Below, in pieces: positions 34,477-45,037 of a DNA stretch of 64,000 nt. The notes below the pieces were generated by a model. The model saw only the letters and a program-made list of their open reading frames with translations, did no database searches and was not told where the DNA came from. Every line of letters starts with the position of its first letter. Within the stretch, counting starts at the first letter, position 1. The DNA is from Acidobacteriota bacterium (lineage in GTDB: Bacteria > Acidobacteriota > Aminicenantia > Aminicenantales > Saccharicenantaceae). The stretch lies in assembly GCA_033549365.1 (NCBI GenBank), contig JAWSUF010000004.1, positions 172,058 through 236,057 on the forward strand, written 5' to 3'. The position numbers and the translations under genes are program-made.

Positions 34477-35226
34477 TCAGCCGATGAGCATCTTCAGCGC
34501 CCCGGCCGCCAGGATCGCGGCCAGGATGATTCTCAGGGTTCGTTCGGGAAGGATTCCGGCTCCGGCATAAGCGCCCGCCGTTCCTCCGGCGATGACGGCC
34601 GCACTGAGAACGAGAACGGTCCGAAGATCGAAATTTCCGCGAAGAATGTGTCCGGTGAGCCCGCTCACGGAATTGACGGCGATGAAGGCACTGGAGAGCG
34701 CAGCCGCTTTCTTCGCGTCGCCCCAGCCCGCAAGCAGAATGAGAGGAGCCAGAAAGACACCCCCGCCGATGCCGACCATTCCCGATAGGAATCCCAGAAG
34801 GAATCCCGCCGGGGCTCCATAAGACCAGAGCGTTTTTTGTGGGACGGGTTCAGATTCGCGCGCCTCGGCCCGGCCGCGCAAAGTCATGGCGGCTGCGGCA
34901 AGGAGCGAGAATCCCAGGAGCCATGTGAAAACAGAGGAAGCGAGAGGGATCAGGCCGCCAAGAAATGCCGCAGGAATGGAGGTGACGGCGAAGGGGATGA
35001 ACATCCGGGCGGAAAAGTGACCGCCTTTTCTGAAAGCCAGGAAACTCAACGAGGCCACGATGATGTTCAGGGCCAGAGCCACGGGAGGAACGGCCGGCGA
35101 GGCGATGCCGAAGAGCGCGAAAAGAGCCAGGTAACCCGAAGCTCCGCCCTGACCGGCGCTGGCGTACAGGGCCGCAATGAGGAAAAAAAACGGGAAGATC
35201 GTCCAGGGCAGTTCAATCCCCGTCAT
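34477..35226 (-). CDS. Sulfite exporter TauE/SafE family membrane protein
   Basis: Trimmed to MTGIELPWTIFPFFFLIAALYASAGQGGASGYLALF... The repeated GxGGG-type TauE motifs are present (GMVGIGGGVFLAPLILLAGW). Confidence 0.75.
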   Translation of the reverse strand: MTGIELPWTIFPFFFLIAALYASAGQGGASGYLALFALFGIASPAVPPVALALNIIVASLSFLAFRKGGHFSARMFIPFAVTSIPAAFLGGLIPLASSVFTWLLGFSLLAAAAMTLRGRAEARESEPVPQKTLWSYGAPAGFLLGFLSGMVGIGGGVFLAPLILLAGWGDAKKAAALSSAFIAVNSVSGLTGHILRGNFDLRTVLVLSAAVIAGGTAGAYAGAGILPERTLRIILAAILAAGALKMLIG

Positions 35227-35376
35227 GTCAGGAAGCCCTTGCCGGATCCCACCGATATCTGGAGATATGTCCCTTGTCGGCATGGGGGGCTGGTTGCAGA
35301 TCGGATTCACCTATCGAATTGAGCATTGGGATACATGCGACTCTGCAGGATGTTGGGTTTAAAGTCGTCAGGTGCG

Positions 35377-37179
35377 TCATGGGTGAATGGGCGTAAACGG
35401 CCAAACCAGCGGAATAACGATCATGGCCGCGATGAAGATGAGGATGTTCAGGGGAGCTCCGACCCGAGTGAAATCAAGGAAGCGATACCCCCCGACGCCG
35501 TAGACGAGAACGTTGGCCTGGTGCCCGACGGGAGTCAGGAACGTCGTCGAACCCCCGATGGCAATGGCCATCAGAAAGGGATGGGGTTGGAGATTCATGC
35601 CGATGGCGATGGAGATCCCGATCGGGGCCAGGAGGACGGCGGCCGCGGCGTTGGACATGACTTCGGTAATCAGGGTCGTGAAAAGAAACAGGCAGGCCAA
35701 AAGCAATAGCGGTCCGGCTCCGCCGGCGAGGTCGACGATGTGCCCCGCCAGCCAGGCGGCGGTTCCGGTGTGGCGCTCGTCCATGGCGATGCCGAGCGGC
35801 ATCATGCCGGCGATGAGAAAGATGACCCGCCATTCGACGCGCTTGTACATGTCCTCGACCTTCACGCAGCCCGTGACGACCATCAGGACAACTCCCAGGA
35901 ATCCGGCGACCGAAATGTGAAGAAGACCGGTCGCAGCCGCGGCGATGATCAGAAGCATGATGCCGCCGGCCAACGGGGCTTTTTCCACCTGGCGCGGTTC
36001 GTGGTCGAGCCGGTTGACGACAAGAAAATCGCGGCTTTCAGCCAGCTTGGTGATGGCCTCCGGAGGGCCCTGGACGAGCATCAAGTCGCCGAGTTGAAGA
36101 GGGACATGTGCGTACCGTGCCGGGATGGCCCGCTCGCGCCGCCTGAGAGCCAGGACAAGAACGCCGAAGCGCTTCCGGATGTCGGCGCCCTTGATGGTCT
36201 GGCCGAGGATGGAGGCGTTGGGCGCGACGGCCACTTCCGCCAACTGCACGCCGCCTCCGGTCAGTCCGGCGTCGGTGAATTTCTTTTCGATATGAATCTC
36301 GAGCTGTTTCGACTCCCGAAGTTCCATGAGGCGGGTGATGTCGCCTTCGACGACGAGCCTGTCTTCGGCCTCCAGAGTCGTGTCGGGTCGGGGGAGAATC
36401 GTCTTCATGACTCCGTCCGTCCGTCGGCTGATGCGCAGGACGGTGAGTCCCATGTCTTTCTGCAGTCTGGACTCAAGAATCGATTTTCCGGCAAGCGACG
36501 ACTTGTCGGAAACCACAACTTCGGTGATGTAATCCTGGAGCTGGTACTGGCGGGTGAAATTGGCGTCTCCCTCGCGGACCGGAATCAGATGGCGTCCGGC
36601 AAGGGCCATGTAGACGACGCCGATACCCAGGACGGCCAGCCCGGTCGGAAGGAAATCGAACATTTTGAACCCTTCGAACCCGGATTCTTCAAGGGCCTGG
36701 GAAACAAGGATGTTGGGCGGTGTGCCGATCAATGTCGTCAGGCCGCCGAGAAGGGATCCGAACGAGAGGGGGATCAGCAGCTTGGAGGCCGGGTACTCGG
36801 CCCGGCGGGAGACGGCGAAAACGGCCGTGAGCAGGATGGCGGTTGCGCCGATATTGTTCATAAAGGCCGACATTGTGCCGACGGTGAACATGACGAGGAC
36901 GGTCAGGACGATGGGATTGCGCCCGCCGATGCGGACGAGGAATTCGACGACGTGGTCGGTGAGCCCGGTCCGGACGATTCCCGAGCTCAGGATGAACATG
37001 GCGATCACGGTGATGACGGCGGGATTGCTGAAGCCCGAGAAGCCTTCCTGGATGGTGACGGTTTTGGTCAGGAGCAGGATGAGCGCGACGCCGATGGCCA
37101 CGATGTCGGGACGGACGACTTCGAGGGCGAACAGGGCAAGCGCCCCCGCGATCAGCGCAAGAATGAAATAATGTTCCAT
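35377..37179 (-). CDS. SLC13/DASS-family anion permease with two central TrkA-C (RCK_C) domains
   Basis: Trimmed to MEHYFILALIAGALALFALEV... (600 aa); the track ORF carries a 195-aa spurious extension. The N- and C-terminal CitT/SLC13 transmembrane halves flank two TrkA-C modules (VVSDKSSLAGKSILESRL..., ADIRKRFGVLVLALRRRE...). Confidence 0.8.
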   Translation of the reverse strand: MEHYFILALIAGALALFALEVVRPDIVAIGVALILLLTKTVTIQEGFSGFSNPAVITVIAMFILSSGIVRTGLTDHVVEFLVRIGGRNPIVLTVLVMFTVGTMSAFMNNIGATAILLTAVFAVSRRAEYPASKLLIPLSFGSLLGGLTTLIGTPPNILVSQALEESGFEGFKMFDFLPTGLAVLGIGVVYMALAGRHLIPVREGDANFTRQYQLQDYITEVVVSDKSSLAGKSILESRLQKDMGLTVLRISRRTDGVMKTILPRPDTTLEAEDRLVVEGDITRLMELRESKQLEIHIEKKFTDAGLTGGGVQLAEVAVAPNASILGQTIKGADIRKRFGVLVLALRRRERAIPARYAHVPLQLGDLMLVQGPPEAITKLAESRDFLVVNRLDHEPRQVEKAPLAGGIMLLIIAAAATGLLHISVAGFLGVVLMVVTGCVKVEDMYKRVEWRVIFLIAGMMPLGIAMDERHTGTAAWLAGHIVDLAGGAGPLLLLACLFLFTTLITEVMSNAAAAVLLAPIGISIAIGMNLQPHPFLMAIAIGGSTTFLTPVGHQANVLVYGVGGYRFLDFTRVGAPLNILIFIAAMIVIPLVWPFTPIHP

Positions 37180-37231
37180 GTCCTTTTCCGGCCCAATATA
37201 TGCGATTTGGATCGAAAAGAAAAGATGGGCC

Positions 37232-39679
37232 TCAGTTCCGGGGATCCGGCCGCCAGAGGATTTTGACGTCTTGGGATGCCCTGTCTCCGCGGGCCAAGAG
37301 GTTTTTGTTCCGCCCGGCTTTTTCCAGATAAAAGTCCGTCCGACCCTCATCCTCGAAAAACCTGAATGCGGACGGGAGGCCCGGCCAGATTTCCAGAACA
37401 AGGGGATCGACCGGACATCGTGGTGCGTTGCCCCGGATCTGCGCCACAGGCAGGATTGCACCCGAGCGGACGAATAAAGGGATCCGGTCGAGAGGCGCTC
37501 GGACGTCGATGACCCGGCCCGGCGGATATTTTTTCCCAGTTCGGAAGTCCATCCAGAATCCCTCTCCGTCCTCCGGATCGTCATGGGTCCCAATCGGAGC
37601 CGATCCCAGCTTCCGGAAGTTCGCTGTGTTCCCTCCGAAAAGGCGGGGGCCTTCGGATCGCCTGAGTTCGGGAAGATAGACGCGCCGTTTGCCGCCGGGT
37701 TCGACCAATGGAGCGACGAGGAGCCATGGACCGAGCATGAACTCGTCCTCCCAGCCATGAACATTGGGGTCGTCGGGAAAGGCCAGCGGCAGAGACCGGA
37801 TCACGGGAAGTCCCGTCCGGGACGCTTCATGGGCCAGGCTCCGGATATAGGGAAGAAGCCGGAGACGCAACCGCACGGCCTTGCGGACGGCTTCCAGAGC
37901 CCGGCCGCCGAAAATCCAGGGTTCCCGCGGTCCGTCGCCGTGCATCCGGCTGTGCGAACAGAGAAGACCGAACTGAGCCCAGCGGACATAGAGTTCGGCG
38001 GACGGCATCCCCCGAAATCCGCCGATGTCATGGCTCCAGAAGGCCAATCCCGACATCCCCGCGCTCAGACCGCCGCGGATTGTCGCAGCCAGACTGTCCC
38101 AATCCGCCGCCGGATCCCCCGACCAGGCCACCGGATAGCGCTGGCTGCCGGCCGTGCCGGCCCGGCTCCAGACAAGCGCATATCCACGCTCGTCTTTCGT
38201 GACTTCGGCAACGGTCTGATTGTAGAGAAGGGGATAAAGGTTGTGCATGACCGCCCCCGTTCGCCCGTCATGAAAGACGGCGTCTTCCGGGATGTCCTCT
38301 CCGAAATCCGTTTTGAAGACGTCGACGCCCTGTCTCAGAAGCGGCCGGTGAAGATCCTTGAACCAGGCCAGGGCTCCGGGATGGGTCAGGTCAACCGCGG
38401 CGACCGGAGCGTTCCAGGATTCCCGACGTTCGGACAGACGCACGTTCCCGTCCGGTCGGGGAGCCAGCGACAGACCGTAGTCGAAGACATAGGGCCGGCC
38501 GTCGGGCCGGCGAACGAAAAATCCGCGCTTCCGGCCGAAGGCGAAGAGATCGCTCTCGACCGAGATGTAAGGATGTTCCCAAAGACAGAGACGCATTCCG
38601 AGGCCGTGGATGCGACGGATCAGACCTTCGGGATCGGGGAATGTCTCGGGATCCCAACGGAAGTCGCAGTATGTCCTCCAGCGCATCCACCAGGGATCGA
38701 TGTGGACGACTGAAGCGGGGACGCGGCGACGCTTGAAGCCTTCGATCAGGGCTTCGACTTCGGCCTGAGTCCGGTAGGTTCCCCCCGAAGATATCCAGAG
38801 CCCGAAGCTCCAGGGGGGCGTCACGGGCGGCCGTCCGGTGAGTTCGGTGTAGCCGTGAAGAAGATCGACCGGTGTCCGGCCGTGGATCACAAAGAGATCG
38901 AGACGGTCATCCTCGACGGCGATATTCAGGCTGCGAATGGATGAGCTTCCGACATCCCAAGTGATCCGGGCGCCGGAGTCGACGAAAAGCCCGTATCCCC
39001 GGGTACTCCACAGGTACGGGATGTTTTTATGGGAACTTTCCGTCGTCGAACCGAGGGCGTCCCGGGTCCAGGAGACGATGACTTGTCCCGACTTGTCCAG
39101 GCGCGTGAATTTCTCTCCCAGGCCGAAGAAGCGTTCCCCCGGCCGGATATGAAATGAGGCCGTGAAGACCCGCCCTCGCCCGCCTGCGATGCCGTCGGCG
39201 ATCCCGAAAGGAAAAGCCAGAGGCCGTCCGAGACCGTCAATGTCTTCCGTGCCGTCCTCAAGGATCATGCGGCCGCGGCCGTCCGTGATAGTCAGGCGAA
39301 AGGGGTTTTTACGGATGACAAGCCCGGTCCGGGGGCCGGAAATATGAATTCTATCCTTCGTTTCACGGACCGAAAGCGGATGCGGAGAGCCTGCGGATGG
39401 AATCATCATTCCGGTCGGAAGACTCGGCCTCGCGCCGGCCGGGCGCATGGATATTTTCATGACCGAGGGGCGGAGGGTCTCAACTTCGAAAACAGCGGTT
39501 TTCCCGGTTTCCGCCAAGAGGTCGAGCCGGACCCGCGTCTTTCCGTCTCCGGCGAAAGACCATCGTTTCCATGAGCGGAAGGCGTCGAGTCCGGGCGGAG
39601 CTCCGGGGGCGGCGGAGCCGTAATCCGGGATCGATTTTTTACGGTTCGAGGATCGGTTCACAGACCGTCGTCGACTCAT
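37232..39679 (-). CDS. Glycoside hydrolase family 31 (alpha-glucosidase/alpha-xylosidase, YicI-like)
   Basis: 815 aa. It has an N-terminal beta-sandwich followed by the GH31 catalytic region (GVDVFKTDFGEDIP, WSGDPAADWDSL, HDIGGF). Confidence 0.85.
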   Translation of the reverse strand: MSRRRSVNRSSNRKKSIPDYGSAAPGAPPGLDAFRSWKRWSFAGDGKTRVRLDLLAETGKTAVFEVETLRPSVMKISMRPAGARPSLPTGMMIPSAGSPHPLSVRETKDRIHISGPRTGLVIRKNPFRLTITDGRGRMILEDGTEDIDGLGRPLAFPFGIADGIAGGRGRVFTASFHIRPGERFFGLGEKFTRLDKSGQVIVSWTRDALGSTTESSHKNIPYLWSTRGYGLFVDSGARITWDVGSSSIRSLNIAVEDDRLDLFVIHGRTPVDLLHGYTELTGRPPVTPPWSFGLWISSGGTYRTQAEVEALIEGFKRRRVPASVVHIDPWWMRWRTYCDFRWDPETFPDPEGLIRRIHGLGMRLCLWEHPYISVESDLFAFGRKRGFFVRRPDGRPYVFDYGLSLAPRPDGNVRLSERRESWNAPVAAVDLTHPGALAWFKDLHRPLLRQGVDVFKTDFGEDIPEDAVFHDGRTGAVMHNLYPLLYNQTVAEVTKDERGYALVWSRAGTAGSQRYPVAWSGDPAADWDSLAATIRGGLSAGMSGLAFWSHDIGGFRGMPSAELYVRWAQFGLLCSHSRMHGDGPREPWIFGGRALEAVRKAVRLRLRLLPYIRSLAHEASRTGLPVIRSLPLAFPDDPNVHGWEDEFMLGPWLLVAPLVEPGGKRRVYLPELRRSEGPRLFGGNTANFRKLGSAPIGTHDDPEDGEGFWMDFRTGKKYPPGRVIDVRAPLDRIPLFVRSGAILPVAQIRGNAPRCPVDPLVLEIWPGLPSAFRFFEDEGRTDFYLEKAGRNKNLLARGDRASQDVKILWRPDPRN

Positions 39680-40824
39680 CCCAGGAGCTCCGCGAGGGCT
39701 TCGATGTCGGTCTCGGGCCAGTCGTCGCCGATCAGGCCGTTCGTTGCGTCGACATGAATGAAAAGTCCGCGGTTTGTTGTCCTGGCCGCAAGAATCCGCG
39801 AGACGAAATCGAACATTCCTTTGAAAACGAAATCGCGGTTGAGTCCGACCCGGCAGGCCAGGACGACGCGTCCGCCGAACCGATCGGAGACCGCCCCGAA
39901 ATCCGTTTCGGAGGCTCCGAATTCAAGACCGCGCAGCCCCGCGAACTTTTCGAGGCTCGGAAAAAGATGAGCCCAGTTTCCGCAGGAATGGAGATAGACG
40001 CCGCCGAAAGTCTCCGCGATTTTTTCGAGATAGGGCAGGCTGAATTCATCGTGAAGCGCGGGGGACAGCATCACCCCGGAGTCGTTGGAAATCGAGAGGG
40101 CCGTTCCATCGGGAAGCCAGGGCTGGAATCCGCCGGGCACGAACTCCGCGCCCATTTCCACGACCAGGCGGCGCTGTGCCCGGGCGAAATCGATCAGAAG
40201 GTCCGTGGTCAGGCCCAGAAGGTGATGCATCTCCCGGGGATGGGTCAGAAGAGCCTCGAAGAACCGGGTATGACCAACGATAAGCGCGGCGTTGTCCACG
40301 GGACCCTGGAGATCGGCCAACCGGATGGGGAAGCGACCCGACGTCCGCTCGATAAAGACCCGCGAGGTATCCAGGATGCGGCCAAGGACACCGGCCTGCA
40401 ACCCCGGTGGCTCGATGTCCATGATCCGGCTCAGGTCGTCGAGGGGCAGGGGACGAACCGACGGAAAATCGGTCTCGTGCCAGACCACGTCGCAGCCGAA
40501 AGCCGAGGGCAGGGCGACGACGCCGAGCGTTGGACAGAGGGCGGGGACAAGGTCGCCGGGGAAGGCCGACTGCCCTTCGATCTCCTCGATCTGGGCGGCC
40601 AGGAACTTTTCGGGATCGGTCAGCCGGTTGAGGACGGTGTCCCGCCCCTCCGTCGAAAAGAGGGCGCTTCGCACGGGCCGGCCCTTTTTCAATCTCTCTC
40701 CGGTGTATCCGATGAGGAAGCCCGGACGTTCCTCGTTTTCGAGGCGCCACAGCCGCTCCAGGAAGCGGCGGGTCTCACCGATGCCGGAACCCGATGACCC
40801 GGCCTGCTCAGTCGTATCGTCCAT
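39676..40824 (-). CDS. URO-D/MtaA-like TIM-barrel protein (methylcobamide methyltransferase family, HxCG motif), paralogue 1
   Basis: 382 aa with a His-x-Cys-Gly motif (VYLHSCGNWAHLF), as in the zinc-binding corrinoid methyltransferases of the uroporphyrinogen-decarboxylase fold. It has no HemE N-terminal PVWxMRQAGR motif, so it is not a true uroporphyrinogen decarboxylase. Confidence 0.55.
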   Translation of the reverse strand: MDDTTEQAGSSGSGIGETRRFLERLWRLENEERPGFLIGYTGERLKKGRPVRSALFSTEGRDTVLNRLTDPEKFLAAQIEEIEGQSAFPGDLVPALCPTLGVVALPSAFGCDVVWHETDFPSVRPLPLDDLSRIMDIEPPGLQAGVLGRILDTSRVFIERTSGRFPIRLADLQGPVDNAALIVGHTRFFEALLTHPREMHHLLGLTTDLLIDFARAQRRLVVEMGAEFVPGGFQPWLPDGTALSISNDSGVMLSPALHDEFSLPYLEKIAETFGGVYLHSCGNWAHLFPSLEKFAGLRGLEFGASETDFGAVSDRFGGRVVLACRVGLNRDFVFKGMFDFVSRILAARTTNRGLFIHVDATNGLIGDDWPETDIEALAELLG

Positions 40825-41962
40825 AGCTTTCGGCCGCTTTCATCATCGCATTGATATTCTCGATCGGCGAGCCGGGCGCAACGTTGTTGCCGTCCTGGAG
40901 GACGAACCCGCCGCCCGGAGCCAGTTTTTCGATGACCTTGCGGGACGCCTCCATCACTTCCGCGGGCGTTCCCGAGAGGATGATCCGGGGATCGACATTG
41001 CCGTAGAGAACGATCCGTCCGCTCATGACCTCGCGGATCCTGTCCAGGTCGACGGCCCAGCCGAATCCCTGGAACTCGTGGATGTCCAAACTGTCGCGGA
41101 AGATCTCCAGGAGATGGTCGGACTTGCCGCACATGTGAAAGAGGGCGTTCCCGCGGAAATGAGAACGGATGCGGCAATCCGCGGGAAGGACCAGATCCTT
41201 GAACATGCCCGCCGACAGCGAGACGGCAAGATCGTCCGACCAGGCGATATCTCGGGGTTCGGGAAGACCCTCGAGGTCGCAGGCGAAGTCGAGCCAGGCG
41301 AGCATCTTGTCGATGATGATCCGCAGGAGTTCGCGGACGAAATCCGGGCGCTCGGCGCAGGCCAGGAAGAGTTCGGTTGCGCCCATGAGGTCACCGGCGA
41401 TGCCGAACGGGCCGTCCGATGTCCGGGTCAGGGACGGGCGTGCCCCGGGATAAAACACGAGACCGCCGAGAAAGCGAACGGGATATTTTTCAGCAACCCG
41501 AATCATCCCGTCCCGGAATTCCACCTGGCGGGCATTGAGACCGGAGCCGATGAAGTCCATGGCTTCCAGCCGAGTGAGGTCGGTGTCGTCCTGAACCCAG
41601 TGCGAAGCCACCCAGGGGATGTCGTTTTCTGGGAATTCGATCCGGCAGCCCAGGCTTCCCGCCTCGAACGAGTTCTGAAAGTCGGACCAGGCTCCGACCC
41701 AGGGACCGGTAATAACATGGGCGTCCGTCCGAATATTTTCCAAATGCCATTTCTGGGCCCGGATTTGGGTCCGGAGCATGGTTTCGGGATCGGCGTAGTA
41801 ATCCCGAAAGGACGTTCCGGTCTTGGGGATGAGGAAGCGATGGGCCAGAGCGGGAATGACGGGAACCCGGTCGGGCCGGCCGAATCGCCGGGCTTCCGCA
41901 ACGCGGGCGCGCCGGGCTTCGATCTCCTCGACAGGGATCCCGATTTCGATGATGTCGCTCAT
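40808..41962 (-). CDS. URO-D/MtaA-like TIM-barrel protein, paralogue 2
   Basis: 384 aa in the same family (ALFHMCGKSDHLLEIF HxCG motif; GGGFVLQDGNNVAPGSP C-terminal region). It overlaps paralogue 1 by 17 nt. Confidence 0.55.
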   Translation of the reverse strand: MSDIIEIGIPVEEIEARRARVAEARRFGRPDRVPVIPALAHRFLIPKTGTSFRDYYADPETMLRTQIRAQKWHLENIRTDAHVITGPWVGAWSDFQNSFEAGSLGCRIEFPENDIPWVASHWVQDDTDLTRLEAMDFIGSGLNARQVEFRDGMIRVAEKYPVRFLGGLVFYPGARPSLTRTSDGPFGIAGDLMGATELFLACAERPDFVRELLRIIIDKMLAWLDFACDLEGLPEPRDIAWSDDLAVSLSAGMFKDLVLPADCRIRSHFRGNALFHMCGKSDHLLEIFRDSLDIHEFQGFGWAVDLDRIREVMSGRIVLYGNVDPRIILSGTPAEVMEASRKVIEKLAPGGGFVLQDGNNVAPGSPIENINAMMKAAESYGRYD

Positions 41963-42002
41963 GGTGTTCTATGACCGGAGCACCGGGCCTGACGGTCCCC
42001 CG

Positions 42003-43070
42003 TCAGGTCTTGAGAGGCAGCGCGACGAAGAATTCGGCGTATCGACCGGGCTCGGATTCGGCCCAGATCCGGCCGCCGTGCTTCTCGACGATCTGGCGGC
42101 AGATGTAGAGACCGAGGCCCGATCCCTTGACGCCTTCCGTCCCCGGCTGCCGCAACCGCTCGAAGCGCTTGAAGAGCCGGTCGCGGATGTCTTCGGCCGA
42201 TATGCCGACCCCCTCGTTGTGGACCGAAAAGATCATCTCGCCGCCCTCCCGGCGCATTCGCAGCCTGACCGGCGTTCCTTCCCGGCCGTACTTGACGGCG
42301 TTGACGACCAGGTTCCGGACGACGATCTCGAGCAGGCGGGGATCTCCGTGAACGACGATGTCCTTGGTCCACTCCGTTTGGATGTCCATGGCTTTGGTGT
42401 TGTCCTTGACGCCGGGCGTATCCAGGGCCTCGTTGACGACCGCCGCGGCGAAGGGAACCTCTTCCTTGAAGGCCCCCAGCTTGTCGAGTTCCATCCGCGA
42501 CAGGTCGATGTAACTCCGGATGATGTCTTCGAGATATTCGCAGTTGCGGAGAATGGACTCCACGATTCTCTGCTGGCCGGGTTCAAGGCGGCCGAAATAA
42601 CCCCGGTGAAGCGTCGAGGCCGTCGTGTGGACGGCGGAGACGGGGCTTTTAAGCTCATGAGACACGATGGCCATGAGATCGAGCATCTTCGCCGGAGCGA
42701 TGTCCTTTTTGGACTGGACGGCGTTTCGGACGACGCTCCGGATCTCTTCGGGCGTAAAAGGCTTGGGAATGTAGTCGAAGGCGCCGTTTTTGAGCGCCTC
42801 CCGGGCCGTTTCGACGTTGGCGTATCCCGTGAAAATCACGACGATGATGTCGGGTTTTTCCTGACGGAGAGTCTTGAGGACGTCCATGCCGCCGAGTCCC
42901 GGCATCTTGAGGTCGGTGACGACGACGTCGTAGTCTTTGGCCCGGGCCATTTCGAGACCCTCCTCGCCGGAGAGCGCCGTCTCGACCTCCCATTCGTCAC
43001 CGGTGAAGATCCGCCGGCAGCTCCGGAGGACGATGTCCTCGTCATCGATGAAGAGAAGCTTGGCGCTCAT
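42003..43070 (-). CDS. Hybrid response regulator/histidine kinase (REC-HisKA-HATPase_c, with no sensor or output domain)
   Basis: Trimmed to [17 protein letters not shown]... (AGGAGG ribosome-binding site), whose ATG overlaps the HK stop as ATGA. The REC domain is DVVVTDLKMPGLGG, the H-box is MAIVSHELKSPVSAV, and the ATPase G-boxes are GSGLGLYICRQIVEKHGG. Confidence 0.8.
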   Translation of the reverse strand: MSAKLLFIDDEDIVLRSCRRIFTGDEWEVETALSGEEGLEMARAKDYDVVVTDLKMPGLGGMDVLKTLRQEKPDIIVVIFTGYANVETAREALKNGAFDYIPKPFTPEEIRSVVRNAVQSKKDIAPAKMLDLMAIVSHELKSPVSAVHTTASTLHRGYFGRLEPGQQRIVESILRNCEYLEDIIRSYIDLSRMELDKLGAFKEEVPFAAAVVNEALDTPGVKDNTKAMDIQTEWTKDIVVHGDPRLLEIVVRNLVVNAVKYGREGTPVRLRMRREGGEMIFSVHNEGVGISAEDIRDRLFKRFERLRQPGTEGVKGSGLGLYICRQIVEKHGGRIWAESEPGRYAEFFVALPLKT

Positions 43071-45037
43071 GATTCCTCCTTGGCGCTCTCCCAGGGGTTC
43101 GGATCGGGACCGGCTTCCCTGCGGGGAAGCCGGATGGTGAATTCCGTACCCTCGCCGACCTTGCTGCGAACGGAGATCGACCCGTTGTGGCGCTGGATGA
43201 CGCCGTAGGTCACGGCCAGTCCGAGCCCCGTCCCCTTGCCCTTGTCCTTGGTGGTGAAAAACGGCTCGAAGAGTTTTTTCATGTTCTCTTCGCTGATGCC
43301 GACGCCCGTATCGGCGAACTTGATGACGATCTCGTCTCCCGAGGGATCCCTGTGGGTGGTAATCATCAGGCGGCCGCCGTCGGGCATGGCATCGGCGGCG
43401 TTCACGGCCAAATTGTTGATGACCGACCGGATCTGCCCGGTGTCGACGCTGATCAGGGGCAGCGACCGGTCGTAGTCCCTGACGATGGTGATATTCTGAA
43501 AGCTGACGTTTTTTTCGATAATGCGCAGGGAGGCGTCGATCAGGGCGTTGATGTCGACGTCGATTTTTTCCGGCCGGCTGTCCCTGGCGAAATCCAGAAG
43601 GCCGCGGACGATGGTCCGGCAGCGCAGCGTCTCGTCCTGAATGACCTTGAGGTCGTCCTCGTGAGGCGTGCCTCTGAGCTCTTCGAGGAGAAGGCAGCTG
43701 TAAGTCAAGACTCCCGTCAGGGGATTGTTGATCTCGTGGGCGATCCCCGATGCCAGGCGGCCGATGGAGGCCAGCTTCTCGGACTTGAGGATCGATGTTT
43801 CCGCCAGATTCTTGAGCCAACGGTCGCGTTCCTCGATGGCCTCGGTCATCTTGTTGAAGGCCGTGCCGATGTTCCGGATGTCCTGGTCGTCTCCGGGCCG
43901 GATCTCGATTTTTGCGTAATTGCCCCGGGCGATCTCGGCCGAGGCGGTGATGATGCGTTTGACCGGGCGCGTGGCGGCGCCGATGAGATAGACGGCCACG
44001 GCCAGAGCCAGGATCGTCGTCAGGGCGATGACCTGAAGAAACGAGACGGTTGTTTCGCGGAGGATGGCGTTGAATTTATCCTCGAGAATTCCGGCGTAGA
44101 GGATTCCGATTCTCCGGTCGTGAATGTCGTAGATGGGGGTGTATCCCGAAAGATACCAGGCATCGACGACGAAGGCTTTCCCGACGAACGTCCGCCCTTC
44201 CTCGAAGACTTCCCGAAAGACCTCCTCCGAGACCTGGGTGCCGATGGCTCTCCGGCCGTCGCGGTCCTTGACGTTCGTGGCCACGCGGACGTCGCCCAGA
44301 AAAATCGTCGTCGTCCCGACTTCTTTGTCGTTGAATTCCTCGTCCCGGAAGACGAGGTTTTTGAACCGGTCGATGAACGTCTCGTTGTTGTTGAGAACGA
44401 TCGCCGCGTAGAGGATGCCGATCATCCTGCGGCCGGACATGACGGGCGCGACCAGCTTGATGACCAGGGCCCGGTCCTCGACCAGGACGTCCCGCGGCTG
44501 CGCATGGGGTGTCGGGATCACAGGGATCAGGGTTCGGGCGGCCAGCATCGGACCTTCCCGCCGGATGTCCTCGTTTTCGAGGACACCCGTTCCGAAAACC
44601 GGTTCCCGGTTTTCGAGCACCCACTTGACGTAGCTGTAATGGGCGATGCTGTCGCCGTATTCCTCGAAGTTATTGGCCCGGACAAGCACCTGGCCCCCGG
44701 CGTCGACGAGGTTGACGATGTCGAATTCGAATTCCTTCTTGATCTGTTCGAGTTTGGTGAAGAGGAATTCGCGGTCCCCCCTCGCCACCGCCTGGACGAT
44801 TTCAGAAGTCTTGGACAGATAGTTCACGATGCGGGCGCGCTTGGCGATTTCCTCCCGGTAAAGGAATTCCGTCGCGGCCAGGCTGCTTTCAACCGAATCC
44901 TGGGCCTCGCGGATGACGTTCCGATCGATGATCCGGACGCCGACGAGAATGGACAGGGCGCCCGTCAGAAGAACGATGGACAGAAGCCCGACGATCAGCT
45001 TGAGGCGGATGTCGGACCGGTTGAGAAACTTGATCAA
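43067..45037 (-). CDS. Sensor histidine kinase with a ~270-aa extracytoplasmic dCache-like domain between two transmembrane helices, plus HAMP, HisKA and HATPase_c
   Basis: 656 aa. TM1 is residues about 11-33 and TM2 about 305-327. The H-box is [16 protein letters not shown] and the ATPase motifs are [18 protein letters not shown]. Confidence 0.85.
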   Translation of the reverse strand: MIKFLNRSDIRLKLIVGLLSIVLLTGALSILVGVRIIDRNVIREAQDSVESSLAATEFLYREEIAKRARIVNYLSKTSEIVQAVARGDREFLFTKLEQIKKEFEFDIVNLVDAGGQVLVRANNFEEYGDSIAHYSYVKWVLENREPVFGTGVLENEDIRREGPMLAARTLIPVIPTPHAQPRDVLVEDRALVIKLVAPVMSGRRMIGILYAAIVLNNNETFIDRFKNLVFRDEEFNDKEVGTTTIFLGDVRVATNVKDRDGRRAIGTQVSEEVFREVFEEGRTFVGKAFVVDAWYLSGYTPIYDIHDRRIGILYAGILEDKFNAILRETTVSFLQVIALTTILALAVAVYLIGAATRPVKRIITASAEIARGNYAKIEIRPGDDQDIRNIGTAFNKMTEAIEERDRWLKNLAETSILKSEKLASIGRLASGIAHEINNPLTGVLTYSCLLLEELRGTPHEDDLKVIQDETLRCRTIVRGLLDFARDSRPEKIDVDINALIDASLRIIEKNVSFQNITIVRDYDRSLPLISVDTGQIRSVINNLAVNAADAMPDGGRLMITTHRDPSGDEIVIKFADTGVGISEENMKKLFEPFFTTKDKGKGTGLGLAVTYGVIQRHNGSISVRSKVGEGTEFTIRLPRREAGPDPNPWESAKEES

